The translations under genes and the position numbers were made by a program. The notes under the pieces are model-generated. The model was not told the DNA's origin and did no database searches. It saw nothing but the letters and a program-made list of their open reading frames with translations. Shown in pieces: positions 48,309 to 60,308 of a DNA stretch of 64,000 nucleotides. The stretch's first letter is position 1; every line of letters begins with the position of its first letter. The DNA comes from Pelomyxa schiedti (taxonomy: Eukaryota; Protista; Evosea), in assembly GCA_020536535.1 (NCBI GenBank), contig JAHLWZ010000702.1, positions 1 through 64,000 of the forward strand, in the 5' to 3' direction.

Positions 48309-49842
48309 TCAAATGGTGCTTCCTTGCCACCATGTTGCGGTTCCGGGTAAGGAAACTTCATCCAGGTCGGCAACTTGTTGAGCCGAGAGTCTCCACCCAA
48401 CGGCTCCTGCATTTTCAATTGCCTGCGCTTCGTTCTTGGCTCCTACAATGGGTATACAGCCTTTGCATATCACCCAATTGATAGCTACTTGTGAGAGTGT
48501 TTTGCCACCTTGTTCATCTGCTATACGTTGCATCACCTGAAGGATCTTCTCTAGAACTGGCCAGGTAACAGTGCCAAACTGTCTGTCACTTATGGTATCT
48601 TTTGTAAAGTTTGTAATTAGGTGCCAATCAGTAAGTGGTAATTTGTATGAGAGAGTTTGTGAAATTTTTTTTTTGTTCAAGATGTGAAACCTAGTGCTGC
48701 TTGTGACTTGTATTTTCCAGTAAGTCTGCCCATTGCAAGAGAACTGTAGGCAAGAATCTTTACACCAAGTTCGTTGCATCTCTTAATGAGGCCAGTTTCT
48801 ACAGTATAATGTTTGTATCCAAGTTAAAGTTGAATGAAGTGTACTCTCAGGTAGTCGATGCAAAAGGCTGTACTCAATCTGGTTTGTTGCAAGAGCAACA
48901 CCAAATCCTTGAAGGGCAGCATGTGTGCGCATTACCTGGTCAGTGTTATAGTTACTCACTCCTACTGTGCGAGTCAGTCCTTCTCTGGATTGAAGCGAAT
49001 TAGAAAGAAATATAAATAAAGGAGTTCGTTCCTACTTTTGAACTTGTGCAAGAGCTTCAGCCCAAACCTCTACTTGACGAATACTGACAGCTGGGGAATG
49101 AACCTGGTACAAGTCGACCCACGGCCTCTTCAATCTCCCAAGGGATTCCACAAGTGCATTCCTCAGATTTACCTACAATTTCGAGTCAGACAAGCTCTAG
49201 AAGAAAAAAGGAAATTATATAAACTTATTCAAGAGATAATGGAATAGCGCGAGCACAATGCGCAACCTGCCTGAACCTCCACGGCATAGGTATGAATTTG
49301 GTCGCGACTTGAATACTCTCAGCCGCAGCAGGATCCACCTTGGCCAGAGCCGCCACCGCCTCGGCAATGAACGCCTCGCTCCTGCCCGAGTTGTACACCT
49401 CGGCGGTGTCGAACGCCACGACCCCCCGCGCCACCGCCGCCCGCAGCGCCGCCGCGTTGTCCGTCCCGCTGTTGCCCTTGGTCCCCCACGCGGGCATCCC
49501 CAGCGACGACGTGTTGTCCGCTCCCCACGCCCACGTCCCGATTATCATCTCTCGCTCGTGTATGGGCCTGTACGCCCCCGTAGGCGCCGCTGCAGCCGTC
49601 GCTGTGGTAGTGGCAGAGGACGCGGAGGCCGAAGCTGTAGCGGTGGTAGGTGGCGCGGTAGCAATAGGAGTGGCCGCTGCCGAATCAGTTGCTGCAGCAG
49701 AGGAGGAGGAAGGGGCAGGGGGCGGGCTCGCGGCCGTGGCGGGAGCCTCGCCGGGAACAGCAGAAGGAGGGACAACGGATGTAGACGTGTGCTCTGTAGT
49801 CGTGGTGGTGCTACTTGCTGGTGCTTCCGTGTCGGTAGACAT
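48309..49842 (-). CDS. Aldo/keto reductase
   Basis: IGTWAWG, FDTAEVY, VATK, DLYQVH, VGVSN, AYSPLAMG, SQVAINW, PIVGAK. Confidence 0.93.
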
Positions 49843-49904
49843 TTGATTGTGGAGAAGTAAGATCTGATGTAACCAAAATCTGTACAGCTAATATTAAAAA
49901 GAGG

Positions 49905-51806
49905 ATGAACCGCCGGCAGCTGGAGAGCGTGGTGTGGCGAAAAATTGAGGTACGTTGGTTGTTGGAGTACTAACATAACTTTATGTTTCCTTACGGAGGT
50001 CTAGGCGGATTACTTGGATTTGAAAGAGCCTTTTTGGTTGGTCAACTTAGAGACCATTGTTGAGCAGTACAATCAATGGAAACGAGTGTTTCCCATGGTG
50101 ACTCCTTTCTATGGTACAACTTGGAAGTTCTTTTTTTTTTTTGTTAAATATGTCTACAAGCTGTGAAATGCAACCCAAATCCTGGTGTTCTTCACACACT
50201 GGCACGTCTGGGTACTGGATTTGATTGTGCAAGCTATGAAGAGATGGATAAAGTTGTTGCTATGGGTGTCCCCCTGCACAAAATAATATTTGCAAATCCC
50301 ACCAAAATGGATGAACACATCTTGCATGCAAAGGAACTGGGAGTAAAAAGGTAAGCCACAAAATCCCATTTTCCCCCTAACAGTTTCACAGAATGACGTT
50401 TGATAACGCAGACGAGTTGCACAAAATTGCCACCTTGTATCCAGAATCCGAGCTTCTTTTGCGCATAATCACAGATGACTCTCACTCAATGTGCAAATTT
50501 TCTGTTAAGGTATTTCTTATTTCACCCAACTGTATCCATCAAACCTTCTTCAGTTTGGTGCCGCTATGTCTGTCGTGCAAGAGTTACTCAGGTTCTTTCC
50601 CCACACCCCCACTCGAGTTTTGTACCACATCGAATCTAAAACTGTGTGTACAACAAAGACTCGCAGCAGAGCTTCACCTGGGTGTAGTGGGTGTTAGCTT
50701 CCATGTTGGAAGTGGATGTGGGGATCCAACTGCCTTTGCGCGATCAGCTGCTGATGCACGCCAAGTGTTCGAAGTAAGTCGTGGGACTATTTTCTGGAGA
50801 CTTACAAATCTTTATCTCGAATCAAGTGGGGTAAAGAGCTTGGCCTGAACATGCATGTTTTGGATATTGGAGGAGGTTTTCAGGGAACTGATTTTGACCA
50901 CCCCACCCTTACTGAGATAGCCGAGGTTTTCCAAAGATCAACACGCCTATTTTATTGAAGATTATCAAACAGGTTCTTTTGCCAGAGATAGAAAAATTTC
51001 CACCTGGAACAGACTTCATGGCCGAACCAGGGCGGTATTTTGTAACCAAGGTGAGATTTTAGTTGTCGTTCTAAGAGGACCATATAACCCAACCCGTAGT
51101 CGCACGTTTTGGCATGCAATATCTTCTCCAAACGTGCCGTGCGAGATGACAATGGTAATATCATTCGATACCTGTATTATTGTAACGACGGAGTTTATCA
51201 TGTATCCACCGCTATATTATTCACCATAGTCTCACTAGTTCTAGTCCTTTAATTGCATTTTCTTTGATCACCAACATCCGGTAACTCCATTTCCCTGAGT
51301 TAGAGATTACTTACCTGAATCAGGTTCCCGTTGTCTTACCTCACCCAAATGCCACCAATCCAGTTGACTTCAGCAAAGATTACGAAACTTATATCTTTGG
51401 CCCAACCTGTGACAGTCTGGACTGTGTTTCAAAGGAGACCCGCCTTCCTGAGCTTGATGTAGGCCAATGGTGTGTCAGCATTCCAGAGTTTTCTTTTCTA
51501 AGGGTGGGAAAGGATATACTTTGAAAACATGGGAGCCTATACAGCCGCTGCACAAACGAAATTCAATGGCTTCCTGGGTACAACTACATGCCATTACATA
51601 TGGTAAATCCTCATCAAACTATCTCAAACAGCTCACTTCAACAAAGGGGACCGAAATTTGTGGATAGCTTTATGGATTGCTTTGATGGAGACACTGTACA
51701 AGCTCCCATAACTCCATCGGTGCCCGCAACGAACACAACAACTACATCCAGTTCTACAACAACAGAGAATGCAGGTCAACCACAGGTCCACATGGTTGGT
51801 TGTTGA
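49905..51806 (+). CDS. ODC1: Ornithine decarboxylase (fold-type III PLP enzyme)
   Basis: PFY|AVKCN, GFDCAS, FANPTK, TFDN, FHVGSG, LDIGGGF, AEPGRYF, FGPTCDSLD, NMGAYT. The alternative unspliced stop is at 51606. Confidence 0.93.
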
Positions 51807-51847
51807 GTACAGAAAAAAAATGTTTTGTTGGTCAAAATTCTTATTTT

Positions 51848-53392
51848 CTAATGTTGCACTGTGAAGGTTACAAGCAGTGGGAAGTGGTCAGAGGGGTAAT
51901 AGCCGTCTACAGAATCAGTTACGATGCGAACACTTTCCACAGCCAAGCGCCGGTGTGCGGAAGTTGGGTTGCGGTACAGAATCCAGTCAATGTGACTTTT
52001 CCCACTGGTTGGCTTCTGAAACGGGTCAGAATAAAGGCTAGGATAGAAGCCGTGGTATGTGTCGCCATGGCAGCCGCCATCATCTTTTTGGGGTGCATCT
52101 TCCCAGGAATCACAGAAACCTAATTGGTGCAACTGGCGCCACACTCCCTCTGAAGTCTTATCTGTGTTCATGTCGCCCATCACAATCACAGGGCACTCGT
52201 AATGGCTTTGTATCTGTACAGAGAGTTATGCCAAGCATGAAAGGATTGTGAAATCTTGGTACTTGGTCTGCAACCGCGCATATCACTTTCGCACTTTGTT
52301 GCCGAGGGAAGGAGTTAAGGTCCAAATGGGTGTTTAGAACCTGAAACACATGAGCGCGTAAAAGGGAAATGGAGCAAACGCATACAGCTACACATATTCC
52401 AGCAAGTGTGTTGAAAACAGCCCAAGTTATTAATCTAGGGAACCCACCATGCCAAGTGTTAGAACCTGGCACTCCGGGGGTGTCTGACAACCAGGAATTG
52501 CCACTATCCATCAGGAATGCAGAAGAGCAGTCCCACACAACAGCGCAGTGCTCGCCAGTAGAACCGCCATATCGACCAACGCCACACCGCCGTGAGCACG
52601 GTGTTCTGTGGCAATCTGCAGGATTAGAGGTTCCAACTGAGCGCATTAATGCACCAAAGTGTTCAGGCGTGCACTCTTGGGTTCCAACAATATCTGGTGC
52701 CATTCTTGTCAAAACATTTACCAGCCTTGGTTCCCTGTGGTTCCAGCTATTTTGTCCATCAGGCGCGGTAGCATATCTCAAGTTAAACGTAGCAATCTTC
52801 AAAAGAGAACGCAAGGAATTTCCAGCCAATGATGCCACCAAACCAAGAAAAAAAAAAAAAAAAAAAAAAAGCCAGAAATTAGCAAGAAAGGAAAGTTCGA
52901 AGTGAACAAACAAGGAACGACTCACCCTGAGAGTATTTCTAGCAGGCACAACCAAGCAATTATTCACATTTCCATTAGGATCAGTCTCCGAGGAACGGGC
53001 CATATCGTGACACCATTGCCCCCCAACAACGTACTTGAACGCGTGGTGACTCCCGCGTGCTAGGCTCACGTCGACGCAGGGCCAGGCCGAAGAGGGCCCC
53101 AAGCCGCCGTTACTGGCACCCATCCCACTTATGGGTCCGCTGCTCGGCGCCTGTCTCGGCGTAGCCCCATGAGGCACCGTCAACTCAATTATGGGAGTCC
53201 AGGCAGTGAAGTCAGCAGCCAAGTATCTGAGTTAGTTGTGAGTGCTGGAACAGGTTCATTCCCTCACGAAGGGACACATTACATTTTGGAATCGGCGTGC
53301 GGACGCGCATACGGCCACGTAAAACGCACCAATACGTCAGTATTGGAGTCTGTTTGGTGGTTCTGGTCACTAGTTGCCGGTTGAGCAGCCAT
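51848..53392 (-). CDS. CBM48/AMPK-beta-type glycogen-binding domain fused to an EEP (endonuclease/exonuclease/phosphatase) domain
   Basis: CBM: VRFTW, AADFTAW, FKYVVGGQWCHD, DPNGNVNN. EEP: ATFNLR, DIVGTQE, WLSDTP, NTHLD, MGDMN, IDWI, YPSDHFP. Confidence 0.88.
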
Positions 53393-53481
53393 CACACTCG
53401 GTTTTATGATTGGAAAAAAAAGAGCCGAGTTGAGAGAAAAGAGAGAAAGCCAAAAAGGGTTTCCTTGAAGGTGTGTTCCTG

Positions 53482-54935
53482 TTAACTTTTCGAGGGTAGC
53501 TTTGACTTGAGGTTTTTGATTGCAGCATCGATTTTGGATGGTATCACCTCCTTTCCCGTTTTCTTCCTGTACACTACCCAAGCAATGGCCCCACCACAAA
53601 GTCCAGCCGGAAGCACCACAAATACAATTACAAGTGCCGCTATGCCCCCGTCGGAAATGCCACCACCTCCCCCACCTCCTTCAGGAGGCAGCACTCTTGA
53701 TCCATCACAGGCCTCGCCTCCATCAACCCCGGATACATCAGAGAACTGCACGTCCTCACCAAACTCATCCACGCAGTCCATCACGCTGCCGGCTGATTCC
53801 GCGAATAGACCGCGGCATATCACTTGCTGCCCATCAACGGATGTAAGCCTCAGGTCAAAGTCGTTGTTGGTGCTTCCTCTTTGAATTCCACCATAGCCGT
53901 TCTGCCACGATATACAAGTGTCACAGCCGTAGCTTTCCCTTGCTTAAGGGTTGGGTATTGTATTGGATGTAAATTATGGTTATTCTTACCAGTGCCATCG
54001 GTTGGTCCAGTCTCGAACAAGAGGTACCCACTCTTGGTCTCCACCTACGCCACCACGAGCTTCCATTGCCGCCATAGCCACTTTGTGATTCAATACTGTC
54101 AAGTAAACGGCGACGTCTCCCCAATTGCCGGAGACTAAAATATGAATGCTGCCGGAAACTGGACAAGGAACCTACATTTTATGAGTGAGTACATAGTTAC
54201 ACAAGGAAGTGCTTACAGGTTTCCACCAGATGTCTTTACTAACACCAAACCAGTCTCTAACCTCATTGCAATGCCTAGTGTCCAAATGGAAGTTCAACCC
54301 CTCCCCATTTTGACCCACGGCATTCACGTCGGCGATTTCGTTCACAATCCATATCGAGGATGTGTTTGTTGTTCCACTTATAATGAAGCACTGACCACAA
54401 GCCAAACTGCACATATTCACCCCATCAGCAGCATCATCCCTAGAAATTTCATATGGCTGGCATATTGCCTCCCAATCCTCATTCTTATTAGAACAAGAGT
54501 CACAAACCGGCAAATGCATTCCTGTTTTATTTATTATGATCGATTGGCATTTGCAGTTCGTTAAGTTGCGCGTGCTTGTGGCTTTTGTTACGGAACATGT
54601 ATTATGGGACACGCACCGGCGTAAATGTCCTGAGCAGCGGCCAGTACGTAGCCTGCCGTCCACACCGTGGGCATGTAGTCGGACACGGAACTCGAGAACC
54701 CACAAGTGAGTCCCGGGGGGGAGTATCCAACACCCTCACCGATCTCCGGGTCCGCGTTGTCTCCTGTGTACGGGGGTGACGTGAACTCCATCCCCTCGAT
54801 GGGCTCCTTGGTGCACTCCCCGTACTCCAGGGGCTCCCATGAGTCTGTTAGTGCTGTGTTCCCTATCACACGTGGGACCAGTGCCACAAAAACAAGTGCC
54901 GAAATAAGCGACGACAGACGTCGATCGACGATCAT
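53482..54935 (-). CDS. Secreted single-pass membrane protein with expansin-like (DPBB plus beta-sandwich) ectodomain
   Basis: Signal-peptide-like LSSLISALVFVALVP; TCGF, ACGQCF, NFHLD; Gly linker; TM IAALVIVFVVLPAGLCGGAIAWVVY followed by RKK. Confidence 0.6.
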
Positions 54936-55285
54936 GTTGATCAAACTTCTTGTTGGTTGGTGGCTGTTGGAGTTTCGGCTTTGTTGATTTCCTAGGCCTG
55001 GGTGTCCTCAGTTGGAACCCATGCCTCAGGGTTTCTTTCTTTTTTTTTTTTAGAAGCCCAGTTCCAGCAGGGTGCTTCCCACGTGTGATGATCTGCTGCC
55101 AACAAACGCAAGCGGAACGTAACGGCTAACGGTTAGCCAATTGAATTTTTTTTACGAGACAGGCCAGACGTTAATGAGGATGATGTGCTCAAGGTGTCCA
55201 GGCACCGATCAATTAACGTTTTAGAATGCCAAAAAACCAAAGCAAACAAAAATAATTCAAAAAAAACCGACGTACGTTGGTGCTT

Positions 55286-57263
55286 ATGGCGTCTTGTTGT
55301 TCCAGGAGAGCGATTGGGGGCGCAGATCTGGCCAGAGCTAGGGCGAAGAATTCGCTCTCTGTTGATCTGTCCACTTTGTCTTGTGACTCTGTGTTTGGTG
55401 CGTGGGATAGAAATTAGTTCTATGTTAATAATGGCCTCTTTACGTGGTAACTCTTCTCAGGAAACTACTTCTTTGAAACTGGGGAGGAGAAGACAGAGAT
55501 GTTTTCCATATGTGCTATCAATGCCAAATGTTCTAACCCTATAACACAGTAAATCCCCTTTTAACGCAACAATTTGTAACTTTTTGTTTCTCCAGTGAAC
55601 TTGAGTATTTCATTGGACTTGGGCTCAACAGCAAGTATGACGGGGAAGGCCTTTCTTTGTATGGCAGGCCAACAATCAATGTCTGCATTGTTTTGGGTGT
55701 GCCATTTTGCAGGTATGGCCCGATTAAGTTTCCTCCCTCCCCTTAGATGTGTCTGGTTCAATGGAAATCAATATTGTAGAGGAGGCTTCAGCTCCAACTA
55801 AACTGGAAGTGGCAAAGAACTCCCTTATTGCAATGCTTTCACACCTCAAACCTGAAGACAGGTTCGTAATCCTTTCCTGAATGCCATTCTGAGATAAACA
55901 CAAGATTTGGGATTATTACCTTTAATGAAGAGGCCCAAGTGATTCAGGTATATTATATTTTCAAAATAAAAACAGAACACAATTCTTCCTTAGCCACTTA
56001 AACACTGGTCCGAAATTGACAAAGCAAGCCTAGAAACGTCGGTAAAATGGAAGTGTTAACTCAATAGTGTAATTAATACTGCCAGATAAATCGATTAGAA
56101 GCCGGTGGAGGAACGGATTTATCTGTAGGGTATCGAGTAGCTGGTGAGATGATGGAGAACGCCCTTAGGGAAGATACTGGAAAAGCAGTTGGTAAGAACT
56201 CAATTGGCTGCTTGGTACTAATAATTGTAAATCAGAGGGCTCACTCCCCAGCGAATATCGCATTATATTCTTTACAGATATGCAGCCGAATCAGGGTAAA
56301 AAAACCAAAAACATCCTTGTCTCACTACTCCTTTAGGAGAGACTTCCCCTTCAGGCCTCTTTGGTCTGGCAAAAGCATTTTCCGATAAAGGAATTTTTTC
56401 CACTTTCCATGGTACTCCACCCTGCTTTTTTGGCCTTTCTAAGTGGGCAAGGTGTTGGACTTGACTTCGATGCCGCTCTCTCTGGGCACATCACTAGTAA
56501 AATTCGAGGTGCTTCATATGAGAGCATAAAGAGCGTTGCCTCTTTTCGGAAACGAATGGACAGAGACTTTGATTACAGTGTGACCCCCCTCCTCTATGAT
56601 ATGTCTCTGTCTGTGGACCCATTTCAACGTGTGACGGCAATGTAAATTTGTGATTGAATGCCCCTTTGCTAAGGACATTAGATACGGCTCCGAACAAGAC
56701 AGTGTGAATCCAGCATCTGGCTCACTCATGAAAATCGGCACTGTTTTTCCCAGTGCTAAGGAGAAAGGGGGATTGACAATGGGAGGCCTAGTATTATTAC
56801 GAGTCCTTCCACATGCTACTGACCCCATCTTTTTGCGTTACACCTACAACGATAGGGCTGGTGAAGTGCACAAGTTGCCCCCACCCTTTTTGTCCTCTCC
56901 TGACTTTATTGAAGTGAAGCTCTGGCTCTACAAGTGGTACCTGACATGGGAAGTGCTGATTCGACTGAATTCTTTCAAAATCCTGGTATAAGGAAGGCTA
57001 TTTTGCTCTCCCGGTTTGTTACTTTGCTCAAGGTGCGCTTTTTAAAAAGGAACAATGCAAGCCTAACAAATCAAGGCGTACCATCAAAACAAATCCTCTG
57101 AGAATATTGCGGCTGTTAAACAGTTTACTACCCACTTCCAATCTGAAATGACTGCCATTGGTACGGCATTCACTATTTTTGTACGAAAGCCAACCATTTC
57201 CTAGGCGATCCAGCCCTGTCAAAAGATTTCACCATTCTTCAGCAGGTGGCAAATTCTTCTTAA
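55286..57263 (+). CDS. von Willebrand factor A domain protein
   Basis: MIDAS D-VSGSM, KLEVAK, DRFGIITFN, AGGGTDL, RIIFFTD, GVGLDFD. Confidence 0.85.
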
Positions 57264-57359
57264 GTTGTAACTTTAGAGTTTTCTTTGTGGTCTGGAATTG
57301 ATTCTTTTTTAAAGTTGATTTGATTTCTCATTTTGTTGGCAGACTTCTCTTCACATTCC

Positions 57360-58688
57360 TTAAAGGAAAAAACTGTTATTTGGCTCTTTTGTAGTCGACG
57401 TCCGCCATGTGCTGTTAAAGGCACAATTTTGAAGGTGGACCAAGCTCCTGTCACTGGAGCTGGACTCAGAATCCAGCGACGGACTAACAGTCAAGTGTGC
57501 ACTGTTTGTTGTCCCACAAAAGTGAGCTTGGACCACACACCCACACTCCTCACTCAGCTCCCTCGCTACAAATGACAAGAAGAACGAGAACATGGCACTT
57601 GTGAGCAGGTGCCACGGCACTAGTACAGTCACCTTGGTGCTGTACATGGCAGAATTGACCTCCCACTTGTCAATGCTGGTGCAGTGGTTGGAAGTTGGGT
57701 TCGCTTTGCGGAATTCACAGAAGAATATCGCGGAACTGTTGATGGTTGCACTGATGGTGCAGAGAACAATGGCTTGATGGAGCTGCTCGCTGTGAAGCTG
57801 CACGAAGGCGTGGGCTTTGCGGGACCAGAATGCCTTGAGCTCATGAAGATTGCTCCACTGAACACGGTTATAGTTGATTACATCATCAATATCTGCATCG
57901 GCGATATTGACTTTGGTATCTTCAGGGGTCCCCTTTCCCCTGGAAGTAGCTGCTGTTCTCACACTAGTAGAAGATGAAGGCGGCGGTACAGGTTCAATGG
58001 CACATCCACAAACAGGCTTGAGGATGAGAACACTCCCTTCAACTTCTACGGATTCTACGGAGTCAAGCCTCTCTAAGACTCGCTTTAAATCTTCCACGGA
58101 GTCGAACTCCACAAAGCCAAACTTTTTTTTGTGACCATCAGCCGTTTCGGGGACAGTACATTTCTAAAAGGGATGAGTGATTCCAGACGGAGGAGTTTGT
58201 ACCCTCGGCTTGATGCCCAGCTCCAGAGTCGAAATAAGCTCAGTAAGATCGGCAGATACTGATTCAGCCGGAAGATTTCCCACATAAAGAGTGGTCGAAC
58301 CAGAACTAGAAGAGGAAATTTCACTGGCATCTGAAGGGGATGTCGCAACCCGTGGGGGGTCGGGGGCCTGGGTCTGGCCGAACGACTCCACGAATTCACA
58401 GTCAATTCCCATGAATGACAGCTCAGCCATAACTGCAGATCTGGGCAAGCCCGGCGGCACGTGCATAACGCCGGTTCGTAGGTAGTCCAGAACCACAGCG
58501 AAAACGCGAGGAGGCCGGTCAATGAACAACGCCCCACTGTCGTCCCGCACCACGGAAATGTCGCTAGATGCAGACTTGGCCACCAGTGTAGTCAGGAAAT
58601 TATGGGGGCCTCCGCGGGACAGTGTTGTATCTGAAGTGGTGAACAGTGTCCCTCCCACATTTAGCTTCACCAACCTGTTGCTGTGCAT
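57360..58688 (-). CDS. KCTD-type BTB/POZ plus RRM plus unknown C-terminal domain
   Basis: VKLNVGGTLFTT...FIDRPPRVFAVVLDYLRTG; RNP2 LYVGNLP and RNP1 KFGFVEF. One short intron at about 58164-58202. Confidence 0.85.
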
Positions 58689-59064
58689 TCGGCGTGTCGG
58701 TTAACACAAACACCGTGTAAGCGGTATGGATAGAAATAGAACTTTAGATGATCAACATGATGGCTGCGAAGCTAATGCGCGAGAATGGAATCCAAGTTGA
58801 TCACGTCGGCACCGACATCAAGGATCGCGCCGAGGCAGCAGCGAAATCCACGACGGCGTCACCGAACGCCGAATTTAATTGTGGCCAAAGTCGAATAGAA
58901 AAACATTATTCACCTTGCTTGTTTCTAACCGTTAGAGCGGGATGAATAAAAACCTTTACGGTGAACAATTTCCCAGTAATCGGCAGGCCAAGGACTTGGG
59001 TCGACTAACGGGTGATCGGTGGCCATTTTTTGGGACGAAGTTTGTAGAGGAAACCGAATATTAA

Positions 59065-60043
59065 TTACAGAAGCCCCTCATTTGGAAATTTACAGTAGGT
59101 GGGTGCTGGTGTGCCAGACTCACCAGGTACCTGGGAAAGATACCTTTTTTTTTTATCGTGAGAGGATTTTAGTGAATTGTACAGTCAACCTCAAAGGGAT
59201 AGGTGAATTCAGAAACGTAATTCTTTGATATTGCACTAGGAATCTTAGGAAGGTGCTCAGTGTGTGTAACTTGCTCTAAAATTCTACAAATAATAATCTT
59301 GAGCTGATTTGAAATTCTTTCTATTTGCTCCTTCCTAACTAAAGAAATAAGGCTGACAAACATTAGAAAAGAAGCATACTTGGCCGCGATTGAGCAGCTA
59401 GATCGGTTACTTTGAAACCAAATTTCCAATCTTCAAACTGAGGCCCAGGTTTTGTGAAGCCAAATAGTCCAGTTCGAGGCTTGTCAAAGAATTTAACAGA
59501 CACCTGTAGAAAGGTGACGGTCAACACATGGGTTGTGTAGTTTATGGTTTGTGGTTTGTGGTTTTATAAAGGAAGGTGGGCACTACTTTATACGTTTCCA
59601 ATCTAGTTGACTTCACCCACGTGACAAACTTATTGACCTCGGTATTGACTTTTTGGTCAATGCCGGCATCTTTACACTTCGACTTCAAGAAGCTATGAAT
59701 AAACCGCAAAGAAAAAAGACAGCTCCATACATAGTACGTATCGAGAGGGTCAACGCATCGCTCCTCCGGAACGGCAACACCAAGTTCCCTATGAAACAGG
59801 AGAGTGTGCAATATACCTAATGAAGCATTGGGTGCCTTTGATGCAAAGGAGATCGGCGAAGCAGCTTTTACACGAGAAAATAAAAGGGATGTTTGAAGTA
59901 CATACATGCGAAGATGTCATTCAGCAGTGGCAGTGGAACTTCCTTGCGCGGCGTGAAAAAAGGAGAAACAAAACGAGGGCATCCAATTAAATTACCAGCA
60001 CAGCGAAGGGCACGTTTCCTCGCGACTCTGTCACCGCCGCCAT
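59065..60043 (-). CDS. ATG101: Autophagy-related protein 101 (HORMA domain)
   Basis: L|EVPL..NDIFA|CILHTLLFHR..VAVPEE, VSVKFF, FEDW, EHLPKI, YPFEV follow the ATG101 motif order. Confidence 0.75.
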
Positions 60044-60308
60044 AGTGGTACACAAAAATTTACTCAGCTCTTCCTGGGGGACAAGTTGGCCGCACGGCTA
60101 ACTTCGCGGACAAGGAGAGATTATTAAATTGGATCCTGGGAAAAAGAAATGTGGCCCTGCAGGGCGTTACTTGTCACTTTTGAAAGAATCAAAGTGTTGT
60201 CGCCCGTTGACATGCCAAACCAACCAAAAACCAGAGATCAGAAAAACAGAAAAGAAAAACAAAAAGAAAAAAAACCGGAAACAAAGGGGGTGTTACTCAG
60301 AGATCGTG

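Noticed and set aside
46807-48381. Long overlapping antisense and alternative-frame ORFs (also at 6.1-6.7, 26.0-26.7 and 49.2-49.9 kb)
   Set aside because: Expected shadows of GC-rich, Pro/Ala/Ser-rich exons; no recognisable motifs.
51202-51244. GTATCC-starting ODC intron as a U12-type intron
   Set aside because: The donor is GTATCCAC, not GTATCCTT, and there is no TCCTTAAC branch site.
58748-58945. 65-aa ORF and small gtcggcaccgac hairpin between the BTB gene and ATG101
   Set aside because: No homology or RNA-family signature recognisable.
29116-60043. Apparent autophagy/TOR cluster (PIKfyve, sestrin, ATG101)
   Set aside because: The genes are interspersed with unrelated ones; compatible with chance in a gene-dense genome.
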